From positions 1 through 38,251 of the forward strand of contig JBDHDN010000003.1 of NCBI GenBank assembly GCA_039591485.1: a stretch of 38,251 nucleotides of DNA, given 5' to 3'. Position numbers and translations under genes: made by a program. Shown here one piece after another: positions 8,943 through 19,567 of this stretch. This stretch comes from Gemmatimonadota bacterium (GTDB lineage: Bacteria > Gemmatimonadota > Gemmatimonadetes > Gemmatimonadales > GWC2-71-9). Within the stretch, counting starts at the first letter, position 1, and every line of letters begins with the position of its first letter. The notes below the pieces were generated by a model. That model was not told where the DNA came from. It did not search any database and worked only from the letters and a program-made list of their open reading frames with translations.

Positions 8943-11522
8943 TCAAAAGGCAAACCCGATCGCCGCGTAGACGCCGAGTTTCTCCTCGCTCTGGGCGAGG
9001 GCCAGGCTCAGGGTGTTCGGCCGTCCCAAGAAAGCGATCCAGATGCCACCTCCGGCGGCCCAATGCCAGGTGGACGACGTCTCTCCCTCGAGATACACCC
9101 GACCGACGTCTCCGAGTCCGAAGATACCAAACCGGGCCGGGAGGAGCAGAAACGCCTTGACGAGCTGGAGTCTGAGCTCCGCATTGCCCCAGAGTGCGGC
9201 ATCACCGCCGTATCGATGCTGCCGACCAAGGCGAACGGACCGTTGATCGCCGATGAAGGCCGCTTCTTGGAAGGGGTAATCTCCCCAGACCTTCTTGCCT
9301 CCCACGCGGAGCGCCAGCGTGGGCTCGAGCGGTGCCCCCGATGCCGTGAGGTACGTCGCGGCGTGGCCGTGGACCTCGCCGAACGTGCTCTCGACATCCC
9401 ACATGTTTGGGAAGATCCGTCCACCCACGACGACGTGCACGCCTCGCCTCGCAGCGGCCGCGACGTCGCGGGTGTCGAGCTCGAAATCGCCGCGGAGCCC
9501 GATCTGACCGAATCCATCCTCGCCGTAGAGCACGGTGTCCTGGAGAATGCGGCCATCCTGCTCCCTCGTGCGGCGGTAGGTGAACGTCGGACCGAGGGCC
9601 AAGTCGGCGCGGCCCACCGGCACCGAGACCGCCGGATCGGCGACGATCAGCTGCTGCCGCACCCGGTAGTAGTCATCGTCTCGTGACAGCTCGACGTCGT
9701 TGCCGAGCCCGTTGAACCGCAGGACTTCGATGCCCGACAGCCGGACGTCGAACAGGCCTCGGACCCGGGAGTTGCGCCGGTACACGTCGGCAGAGAAATC
9801 GACCCGGCCGGTCAGCGCTCCGGTCGAGAAGCCACCGCGGAACAGCGTCTTCGAGGCGTAGGGGAGCTTGCGGAATCCGTAATGAGTGACGACGGCACCA
9901 CCGCCGAGAAAGAGACCGACATCCGGGCCAAACCCGGCCCACAAGACCGGCATCCACTCATATCCCCAGTCGCGGGGCGGCAGCGATGTGGGGCGGCTCT
10001 TCGGTGGCAGCATGAAGCGACGGGTGTCCACGCTGACGCGACCTGCCGTGCTCGGCGGATCGGTCGTGTAGAAGTGCACGCCGCCACCGGCGCTCGTGTT
10101 CTCGACGTCGTCGGCGCCCGCGCCGACGATGTGCACGGGAATGCCACCCGACGGCCCCCGGACAATCACCCGATCGGCACCGCCGTACAGGAAGATCCGG
10201 AGTTCCTCGGTTTCATCATCGAGGAATCGGCGGCGCCAGTGCGGATCCGCTTCTCGTCCGTCACTGCCCAAGGCGCGCACCGATACCGTGCTCGACCCGT
10301 CGGGACCACGCTCGACGATCACCGTCTCGTCTACGTCCGTCCCGTGCACTTCCACCTCGCCGGCCAGCAGCTCGTAATAGTCCCGCGCCCTGGTTGGGAG
10401 CTGGTCGCGTCGAGACTTCAGTGCCGCCGCGAGCCGCTGGCCGTCCAGCGCGTAGTACTCGGGCGGGAGCCGCCGCACGGCGGCGTCGATCACCGGGTCG
10501 GGCAGGCTGTCGATAAAGGCGGTGACTACGGAGTCCCACGCCGGCCATTCCAGCTCGACCAGGAACCGGCGATCCAGATCCCGTCCGTTCCACGCGAACG
10601 CGGCAGCCTTCGGCAGGTCGTCGTCGAAGTTCAGGAGAAAGGGCGCGTACTGGCGGCCAAGACTGAGCATGAGCCCGTCGAACTTCGCGAAGGCCTGGTC
10701 ACGGTCTTCGGGCAGCACGGTCCACGTAATGGTGCTCCCCGTGTCGTGAGGGTGCCGCAGGAAGTTCCACTGCCCGCGGTGCCGGTCCCAGTCCCCGATG
10801 AAATAGTCGAACAGCCGAGCCGAAAGAAACGCCGGAACGTCGACCTTGTTGGCGCCTGACCGTCTCACTCGTGTATACAATTCATCTGCGTCGATGATCT
10901 CGGCTGCGTCATCGAACGGAGGGATACCCGGCTCGATCGTCGCCCGGCGCTCGATGTAGCCGACCAGACCGCCGAAGCGCGCTCGGTGCTCACCCAAGCG
11001 CGGATCGTCGGGCAGGACCACGAGGCGCGGGTTGGTTCGCGGGATGCCCACTGCCTCGAGCAGCTCTCGGACGACCGAGACACCACCGGGGTGTTGGGAG
11101 CTGATCTGGTCCTGCACCAGGCTTTCTACCCAGGTGTCCTGCAGCTCCTCCGGGAGAACCGCGTCGGGGATCTTGTCCACGCCACGGAATCCATACATGT
11201 ACCCATCCGCACCGCGAAACCAGAGCGAGGGGGTCTGGAATCCTCCGCCCGCGGACACCGGTGTCAGTCCACCACCCTCGCGCGCGAGATCGAGCACCTC
11301 GACCGTGATCGGTGCGGTCCAGAGGTCGCGGTAATGGCTGCCGAACAACCAGCGGTGGAGCCCACCTGCCGCATAGCGCCCACCGATCACCACTTCTGTC
11401 GAGTCCGGCGCGGCCGGCTCCTGCGCCCGTGCCGCTGTCGACACCAGGACACTCACGATGCAGAGCCACCCCAACCGTGTGAGCCAACCGCCTGCGAGAC
11501 GTGAAGCTGTGGACATGATCAT
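8943..11522 (-). CDS. Omp85 (BamA/TamA-like) beta-barrel outer-membrane protein with N-terminal kinase-like domain
   Basis: Signal peptide ending ARA-Q. C-terminal amphipathic beta-strands with DTRD, VRLG...RYGGD, NAELR, DVGRVY and terminal GFAF. ATGA overlap with upstream phosphoesterase stop (alternative start 11516). Confidence 0.8.
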   Translation of the reverse strand: MIMSTASRLAGGWLTRLGWLCIVSVLVSTAARAQEPAAPDSTEVVIGGRYAAGGLHRWLFGSHYRDLWTAPITVEVLDLAREGGGLTPVSAGGGFQTPSLWFRGADGYMYGFRGVDKIPDAVLPEELQDTWVESLVQDQISSQHPGGVSVVRELLEAVGIPRTNPRLVVLPDDPRLGEHRARFGGLVGYIERRATIEPGIPPFDDAAEIIDADELYTRVRRSGANKVDVPAFLSARLFDYFIGDWDRHRGQWNFLRHPHDTGSTITWTVLPEDRDQAFAKFDGLMLSLGRQYAPFLLNFDDDLPKAAAFAWNGRDLDRRFLVELEWPAWDSVVTAFIDSLPDPVIDAAVRRLPPEYYALDGQRLAAALKSRRDQLPTRARDYYELLAGEVEVHGTDVDETVIVERGPDGSSTVSVRALGSDGREADPHWRRRFLDDETEELRIFLYGGADRVIVRGPSGGIPVHIVGAGADDVENTSAGGGVHFYTTDPPSTAGRVSVDTRRFMLPPKSRPTSLPPRDWGYEWMPVLWAGFGPDVGLFLGGGAVVTHYGFRKLPYASKTLFRGGFSTGALTGRVDFSADVYRRNSRVRGLFDVRLSGIEVLRFNGLGNDVELSRDDDYYRVRQQLIVADPAVSVPVGRADLALGPTFTYRRTREQDGRILQDTVLYGEDGFGQIGLRGDFELDTRDVAAAARRGVHVVVGGRIFPNMWDVESTFGEVHGHAATYLTASGAPLEPTLALRVGGKKVWGDYPFQEAAFIGDQRSVRLGRQHRYGGDAALWGNAELRLQLVKAFLLLPARFGIFGLGDVGRVYLEGETSSTWHWAAGGGIWIAFLGRPNTLSLALAQSEEKLGVYAAIGFAF

Positions 11523-12673
11523 CCCTCCGCATCCGAAAGGAGCCACATCGAGAACGCCTCTCCTACGATGCCCTTACCTTCGACGACCATCACCGCGAGC
11601 CGGATCCGACCGTCCGACAGGACATCGAGACGCATGTACCCGCTCGCCGCCTGTGCAAACCGCGACTCGTCGAGGTACACCGTGCGGGTCGTGTGATCGA
11701 AGTACCCGGCACCACTCACCAACACGTGCCCGAACGTGGAGTCGCGCACGACCTGCAGATTGTGCTCATGGCCGGCGGCATAGAAGAGGACCGACGCGTC
11801 GGCAAAGGCCGACCGCAGCGAGTCCACCAGCTCGCGATACTCACGCCCGGGGAGATCCTGGTTCGAGATCCCCGATGTCCGGGCGATCGGATACGCCGAG
11901 CCAATGATCGGCAGCGGCACCCAGAGCCAGGACTTGAGTGCTCGGAGGGGGAACAGGTGGTCGAGCACCGAGAAGTGCCCGCCGTGGATGCCGCCGGTCA
12001 CCACCGGATGGTGGGCAACGACGCCCACCCAGCCACTGTCCCCCGCCGCCATCTGCCTGACGAGCGCCGTCACTTCCCCGGGAGCATCGGCTGCGCACTC
12101 CGACTCGGGATCCGTGGGCTTCGCATGCGGGTGCAGCCACCACTGCGTGTCGAGGACCACGAGCCGGAAGCTGGGTGTCAGTCGCACGCTGACCGGACCC
12201 GGGCAACCACCTGGGGGAAGCACGGCCACCGCAGGGAGGTCCTGGGACTCGATCAGCAACTGTTGCCGCAGCACCCGCGCCCAGCCATCGGGAGCCGACC
12301 GGCCCCAGTCGTGGTTCCCGGGCACGAAGATGGCCCGGGCCCCCGTGCCGCGGACCACTTCCACCTGCGACAACAGTCGCCGCTCCGCCTCGTCTCGACC
12401 AGGATCGTCGTCTTCGGGAATCCCGACGGGATACACGTTGTCCCCGAGAAACACCACGGTCGCGGGGGCCGCAGAGGATCGCAGCTCGGCGGCGAGAGCC
12501 GCCAACACCGGGTCGCCCGGCTTCGGAGCTCCGGCGTCTCCGATCAGATAGACGCGAGCGCGGACCGTCCTACCATGAGCCTCCGGTGCAGGCGGCGTCA
12601 CGATCTGCGGGCCCGACCGGCACGCGGTGAGGGCCACGAGGGTGGCGATCAGGCACCGCCGTGATCCCGTCAT
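11519..12673 (-). CDS. Calcineurin-like metallophosphoesterase, lipoprotein
   Basis: GDAG, LGDNVY, PGNHDW, AHHP and AGHEH motifs. Lipobox LTAC. Confidence 0.9.
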   Translation of the reverse strand: MTGSRRCLIATLVALTACRSGPQIVTPPAPEAHGRTVRARVYLIGDAGAPKPGDPVLAALAAELRSSAAPATVVFLGDNVYPVGIPEDDDPGRDEAERRLLSQVEVVRGTGARAIFVPGNHDWGRSAPDGWARVLRQQLLIESQDLPAVAVLPPGGCPGPVSVRLTPSFRLVVLDTQWWLHPHAKPTDPESECAADAPGEVTALVRQMAAGDSGWVGVVAHHPVVTGGIHGGHFSVLDHLFPLRALKSWLWVPLPIIGSAYPIARTSGISNQDLPGREYRELVDSLRSAFADASVLFYAAGHEHNLQVVRDSTFGHVLVSGAGYFDHTTRTVYLDESRFAQAASGYMRLDVLSDGRIRLAVMVVEGKGIVGEAFSMWLLSDAEG

Positions 12674-13956
12674 GGCCCGTGCGCCTCGGGGGCGCCGGCG
12701 AACGCCGTCGAGAAGTCTCGGCCGGACGGGTGCTGGAAGACGCGAAGCCCGAACTCGGGCGCGATCGCGAGCAGATGATCGAAGATGTCGGCCTGAATGC
12801 CTTCGTAGCGCGTCCAGTCGGTGTCGTTCGAGAAGGCATAGACCTCGAGCGGCAGGCCCTCCGGCGTGGGTGGCAGCTGTCGCACCATCAGTGTCATCCC
12901 GCGGTGGACCTTGGGATGGCGGCGCAGATAGTTGGCGGCATACGCCCGAAAGGTGCCGATGTTGGTGAGGCGTCGCGCATTCGCCGGCACGTCGGCTCCC
13001 TCCGACCGGCGGGACTGGACCAGCTCGGCACGTTTCCCGGCGATGTATTCGCGCAGCAGATCGAACGCTGCGAAGCGAGTGATGGCGTCGTCGTCGAGGA
13101 AACGGATCGTGCTCATGTCGATGTGCATGGCCCGTTTGATCCGTCGGCCGCCGGATTCCGACATCCCACGCCAGTTCTTGAACGACCCCTCGATCAACTT
13201 GTGCGTCGGGATCGTAGTGATCGTCTTGTCCCAGTTCTGCACTTTGATGGTGTGCAGAGCGATGTCGATCACGTCACCATCTGCCCCGAACTGCGGCACC
13301 TCGATCCAGTCGCCCACGCGCACAAGGTCGTAACTCGCCAATTGCAGACTGGCCACGAACGACAAAATCGTGTCGCGGAAGATCAGCAGCAGCACTGCCG
13401 TCATCGCCCCGATCCCGCTCAAGAAGATGAGCGGGGATCGGTCGAGCAACGTGGCGATCACGACGATACCGCCGACGATGTACAGCACGAGCTTGGCGAT
13501 CTGTACGTAGCCCTTGACCGGGCGGTGCTCCATTCGCGGCAGCGTCTGCACGATGGCGCCGGCCGCCGACAGGAATGCACCGACCACCAGCAGGGTCACC
13601 AGGACCATTGCCGCAGTGGCCCCTCGGCCGATAATGGCCGCGAGTGCGGGCGGAACGTTCGGCAGCAGATGGACGCCGTAGAACACAACCGCGGCCGGTG
13701 CCAGATGCGCGAGCCGTGCGAAGACGCGGTGCTCCTGCAGCACGTCGTCCCACAGGAAGGCCGTGCCCCGCACGAGCCGACCGATCGTCGTGAGCAGGAT
13801 CTGCCGGGTGACGATGTCCGCCAGAACGGAGGCCACAGCAACGAGGGCCAGGCCGGTCGCGACGGCACCTACCGAGGGACCGGTGAGCCACTGCCACCAC
13901 GCGGGGCCGGTGGCCGCGTCTGCCTGTATGAGGTCGAGGAGGACTGTGATCGACAG
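12670..13956 (-). CDS. MscS-family mechanosensitive channel (YbdG-like)
   Basis: GAMTAVLLLIFRDTIL, GDWIEVP..GADG.V, VQNWDKTITTIP, FKNWRGM.ESGGRRIKR, TNIGTFRAY and MVRQL. Start uncertain: CTG 13956 follows GGAGGT; longest ORF to 14025. Confidence 0.88.
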   Translation of the reverse strand: MSITVLLDLIQADAATGPAWWQWLTGPSVGAVATGLALVAVASVLADIVTRQILLTTIGRLVRGTAFLWDDVLQEHRVFARLAHLAPAAVVFYGVHLLPNVPPALAAIIGRGATAAMVLVTLLVVGAFLSAAGAIVQTLPRMEHRPVKGYVQIAKLVLYIVGGIVVIATLLDRSPLIFLSGIGAMTAVLLLIFRDTILSFVASLQLASYDLVRVGDWIEVPQFGADGDVIDIALHTIKVQNWDKTITTIPTHKLIEGSFKNWRGMSESGGRRIKRAMHIDMSTIRFLDDDAITRFAAFDLLREYIAGKRAELVQSRRSEGADVPANARRLTNIGTFRAYAANYLRRHPKVHRGMTLMVRQLPPTPEGLPLEVYAFSNDTDWTRYEGIQADIFDHLLAIAPEFGLRVFQHPSGRDFSTAFAGAPEAHGP

Positions 13957-14148
13957 GAGACACCTCCAAGGGGCCGCCGTCAGCTCGGTGGACCCTGATA
14001 CGCGACGGACCGGCGGCGGTACCACGACCGCGAGCTCGCGATGCTCGCCGGCGCGCGGGGGCTCGACCCCCCAATCTACTACGGCATCACAGCCCGGGCC
14101 CGCCGAGCACTTCCGAGGGGCTCGGCCCCGTCAGCAGTGGTTTATCGG

Positions 14149-14676
14149 TCAGCGCAACGCGCGCACTTCGGCGAGGGCGCCGTCGAACTGTTCGGATGCC
14201 TTCTGCACGTAGGCCGTGACCTCGTCGACGTAGCCGTCCGCCGATGCCGACCAGACACGATTGAGGTAGCGCTCTCCCGCCGCAAACGCATTCATGACGT
14301 CCGCGTACGCCTGGAGTCCGTGCACGTGCGCGATGCTCTCGCGAGCGTCGACGAACCGGGCCAGGTCGTCCGCGAAGGCGGTGTCGAGCCAGAAGCGCAC
14401 GTCGTACGGATCCATCGTCGACAGTTCGCTCCTGAGCCGAGAGAGCCCATCGACGACGCGCTCGAGGCTCGACTCCACGAGCTGCATGTTGCTGGTGAGC
14501 TTGCCGGCCGCCCGCGCCTCCCGGCGCGCGGTGAGCCGCACCAGCGCGATGCCCGCAGCGCCCACGACGAAGGCAGCGGCGTATGCTCCCCAGCGGACCT
14601 GCTCCTCGTCGAGCACCGTCACGAGGGCACCGGCGAGGAAGCCGGCGACGACCAACAGATAGCCGATGACTCGCAT
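14149..14676 (-). CDS. Hypothetical membrane protein (2 N-terminal TM + helical domain)
   Basis: ATG 9 nt after the OPT stop with G-rich RBS; two hydrophobic segments; host-like codon usage. Confidence 0.75.
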   Translation of the reverse strand: MRVIGYLLVVAGFLAGALVTVLDEEQVRWGAYAAAFVVGAAGIALVRLTARREARAAGKLTSNMQLVESSLERVVDGLSRLRSELSTMDPYDVRFWLDTAFADDLARFVDARESIAHVHGLQAYADVMNAFAAGERYLNRVWSASADGYVDEVTAYVQKASEQFDGALAEVRALR

Positions 14677-14685
14677 CGTTCCCCC

Positions 14686-16431
<1,746 letters not shown>

Positions 16432-16600
16432 GAAGCCGTCCTTTCGGTGCGGGGGCGAAATCGCCATGCTCGGACCGAGCACAGGTATACTGTCGCCCAG
16501 GCTGTGGGCTGGCCAGCCCGGGGTCGGAGGGTTCGGACGAATATCCCCGGCCGGTGGCGTGTACTCTTGACGAGCGACCTTCAGGAGAGGCGGAGCGGCT

Positions 16601-17185
16601 GTGGACATTCCACTGGGGAACAGCGACCTGCTCGCCGATCGCCCGCTGGTACTCCGGGTGCGGTCAGGTGATCGGGACGCCTTCGGTGAGCTGGTGCTCA
16701 AGTACATGCGGCGGGCGTACTTCGCCGCTCTCGGCATCGTCGGCTCGCACGACGATGCCATGGACCTGTCGCAGGATGCCTTCGCCCGGGCCTTTCGAGC
16801 GCGCAAGCGGCTCGATCCAGATCGCCCGTTCTACCCGTGGCTCTATCAGATCCTGCGCCGTCTCTGCTTCAACCATCTCCGCAACCAGAGGACCCGTCGC
16901 GCTCGGCTCGAGGAAGCGGCAGGCTGGCTGACCGATCGGGCACGCAGTGAGGCGGCAGCGACCGCACCGGACCGGACGGTGGAGCGGGCCGAGCTCAGAG
17001 CGCGCCTCGAGACGGCGATCGCCACGCTCCGCCCGCACGAACGCGAGGTCATTGTCATGCGGGAGTTCGAAGGTCTCACGTATCGGGAGATTGCCGACCT
17101 GCTGGGAATCCCGATCGGCACGGTCATGTCGCGTCTGTACGCGGCGCGCAGGAGGCTGGCAGCCATCCTTGGGGAGGCGACATGA
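16601..17185 (+). CDS. ECF RNA polymerase sigma factor (RpoE/SigW-like)
   Basis: GDRDAFGELV, DAMDLSQDAF, F.PWLYQI and GLTYREIADLLGIPIGTVMSRL. Confidence 0.92.
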   Translation: MDIPLGNSDLLADRPLVLRVRSGDRDAFGELVLKYMRRAYFAALGIVGSHDDAMDLSQDAFARAFRARKRLDPDRPFYPWLYQILRRLCFNHLRNQRTRRARLEEAAGWLTDRARSEAAATAPDRTVERAELRARLETAIATLRPHEREVIVMREFEGLTYREIADLLGIPIGTVMSRLYAARRRLAAILGEAT

Positions 17186-17646
17186 GTGGTTTCGATTTGC
17201 ATCCAGACGATCGGGCGCGTCATCTGATGATGGCGGCGTTGGACGGCGAGTTTTCGCGCCAGGAGCAGGCGGATCTCGATCGGCTGCTGCGGCAGGACGC
17301 CGCACTCCGTGCCGAGTGGCAACAACTTCAGCGTGTGAAGGAGGTAACGACGACCATGTCCCTGCGTGATCCGCCGAAAGAGGTGTGGGAGGGGTATTGG
17401 CACGGGGTGTACCAGCGCTTCGAGCGCGGTCTCGCCTGGATTCTGGTGTCCGTGGGTGCGATCGTTGTGCTTTCGTGGGGAGCCTGGGGGGGTCTGCGCG
17501 AGCTGTGGAACGACCAGCAGCTCCCGGTGCTCGTCAAGGCCGGGTCGTTCGCCCTGATCGTCGGGCTCGTCATCCTCGCGGTTTCCGTCGTACGGGAGAA
17601 GCTGTTCATTCGCCGATCGGATCCTTACAAGGACGTCGTCAGATGA
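17182..17646 (+). CDS. Putative anti-sigma factor (membrane, two TM)
   Basis: ATGA overlap with the sigma gene; ASD-like N-terminus (LMMAALDGE) lacking HxxxCxxC; two TM helices. Confidence 0.75.
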   Translation: MSGFDLHPDDRARHLMMAALDGEFSRQEQADLDRLLRQDAALRAEWQQLQRVKEVTTTMSLRDPPKEVWEGYWHGVYQRFERGLAWILVSVGAIVVLSWGAWGGLRELWNDQQLPVLVKAGSFALIVGLVILAVSVVREKLFIRRSDPYKDVVR

Positions 17647-17963
17647 TGATCACTACCGCATCCTCGATCGCGGGCTACCGCGTTGTGAAGACGTTCGGAC
17701 TCGTGAGAGGCAACACGATCCGGGCACGGAACCTCGGCCGCGACCTGCTTGCCGTAATCAAGAACATGATCGGCGGCGAGATCGAGGAGTACACCAAGCT
17801 GATGGGCGAGTCGCGCGACCAGGCGCTCGACCGGATGATGGCGAACGCGGCCGAGTTGGGCGCGAACGCCATCACGGACGTCAAGTTCATGACGTCCTAC
17901 ATCATGGGCTCGGCGTCGGAGATCCTTGCGTACGGCAACGCCGTTACGATCGAGCCGGAGTGA
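17643..17963 (+). CDS. YbjQ/UPF0145 family protein
   Basis: MIITT-like start, GLVRGNTIRA, GGEIEEYT.L, A.ELGANAI and EILAYG.AV. ATGA overlap. Confidence 0.92.
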   Translation: MMITTASSIAGYRVVKTFGLVRGNTIRARNLGRDLLAVIKNMIGGEIEEYTKLMGESRDQALDRMMANAAELGANAITDVKFMTSYIMGSASEILAYGNAVTIEPE

Positions 17964-17977
17964 GCCTGAGGGGATCA

Positions 17978-19459
17978 ATGCGAACCGGATGGGGATTGAT
18001 GGCCGGGCTGTGGATCGCGCTCGCAGGCTCTGCCGGGCCGGCGGAGCTGGCCGGGCAGGACAGGGCAGTTGAGGGGCGCTGGCAGGGCGCGATCCTCGTG
18101 CTCGGCAGCGAGCTGGGGATCGGGGTGCAGGTCGTGAAGGACGCGGAGGCGTGGACCGCGACGATCGACATCCCGCAGCAGGGTGCGATGGGTCTGCCGC
18201 TCCGCAACGTGACCGTCGAGCTGCCACGGGTGCACTTCGAGCTGATGGGCGGTCCGGGTCTCGCCGTGTTCGACGGTACGCTTGTGGGTGACAGCATCAC
18301 GGGGACGTTCACTCAGGCCGGTGTCGAAGGCACCTTTCACCTCGGTCGCGAAGATACCGTAGGCGAGACCGAGGCGACGAGCACTGGCGACACGGTCACC
18401 GCCTACCGTGAAGAGGAAGTGACCTTCGCCAACGGCGACGTCACCCTCGCCGGCACGCTCACCCTGCCGAGCACCCCGGGACCCTACCCGGCCGTGGTAC
18501 TCATCACCGGCTCCGGCCCGCAGGATAGGGATGAGCAAGTCTTCGGCATGCGGCCGTTCCGGCTGATCGCGGATCATCTCGCCCGCGCTGGGATCGCCGT
18601 GCTGCGCTATGACGATCGCGGCGTGGGCGGATCGACGGGCAACGTGCAGCTCTCGACGTCCGAGGACTTCGCTGCGGATGCCATTGCCGGCGTGGCATTG
18701 TTGCGGGACCGTCCTGACATCCGGTCCGATAGGGTTGGTCTGGTCGGCCACAGCGAGGGGGCGATCGTGGCACCGATCGCCTCCGTGAAGTCCCCAGACG
18801 TCGCGTTCCTCGTGCTGCTCGCCGGCACGGCCGTCACAGGAAGTGAGATTCTGCTTGCTCAGGGAGAGCTCATCGCGCGGGCCGGGGGAGCGAGCGAGGA
18901 GGACGTCGCCACCCAGCGACGCCTTCAGGAGATGGTTTTCGCCGCCGTGCGGGCCGACACGGGCTGGGATGCGCTCCAAGCCGAGATCGAGCGGCAGATT
19001 CGCGCCGGCATCGACGACCTTCCCGAGGAACAGCGCGCAGCCATCACCGACCTCGACTCGTTCGTGGCGACGCGGAGCCAGCAGCAGCTCGTCGCCGTCA
19101 GGACCCCGTGGTTCCGTTACTTCCTCGACTACGATCCGAAGCGCGACCTGCGCCGCGTCGCGGTACCGGTACTCGGTGTCTTCGCCGAGAAGGATCTCCA
19201 GGTACCGCCCTCGGTGAACCTTGAGCCGATGCGGGCTGCGCTCGATGCAGCGCCGACGGACGATGTCACGATCGAGGTGATCTCGGGAGCCAACCATCTG
19301 TTCCAGGCGGCGACCACCGGAAGCCCCGACGAGTACGCTTCGCTCCCGAAGGAGTTCGTGGCGGGATTCATGGAACTGGTGAGCGGGTGGATCGTGAGGC
19401 GGACGGGCGGGCCGGGACCTGACGGGACGACGGCCCCCGGCGGTGCTGGGGGAGCCTGA
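17978..19459 (+). CDS. Secreted alpha/beta hydrolase (S9/S15-like) with N-terminal beta domain
   Basis: Signal peptide; LAGTLTLP, GSGPQDRDE, RYDDRGVGGS, GHSEG, KDLQV and NHLFQ. Confidence 0.85.
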   Translation: MRTGWGLMAGLWIALAGSAGPAELAGQDRAVEGRWQGAILVLGSELGIGVQVVKDAEAWTATIDIPQQGAMGLPLRNVTVELPRVHFELMGGPGLAVFDGTLVGDSITGTFTQAGVEGTFHLGREDTVGETEATSTGDTVTAYREEEVTFANGDVTLAGTLTLPSTPGPYPAVVLITGSGPQDRDEQVFGMRPFRLIADHLARAGIAVLRYDDRGVGGSTGNVQLSTSEDFAADAIAGVALLRDRPDIRSDRVGLVGHSEGAIVAPIASVKSPDVAFLVLLAGTAVTGSEILLAQGELIARAGGASEEDVATQRRLQEMVFAAVRADTGWDALQAEIERQIRAGIDDLPEEQRAAITDLDSFVATRSQQQLVAVRTPWFRYFLDYDPKRDLRRVAVPVLGVFAEKDLQVPPSVNLEPMRAALDAAPTDDVTIEVISGANHLFQAATTGSPDEYASLPKEFVAGFMELVSGWIVRRTGGPGPDGTTAPGGAGGA

Positions 19460-19567
19460 GCAGCCGGAAGTCTTGTGGGGAATCCGCCACGACCGAAACC
19501 GTGCAGGCCACGTACCGTAGTGACGCCGACTCGCACACGACCATCGCCAGCCCTCGGAGACCCCGCC

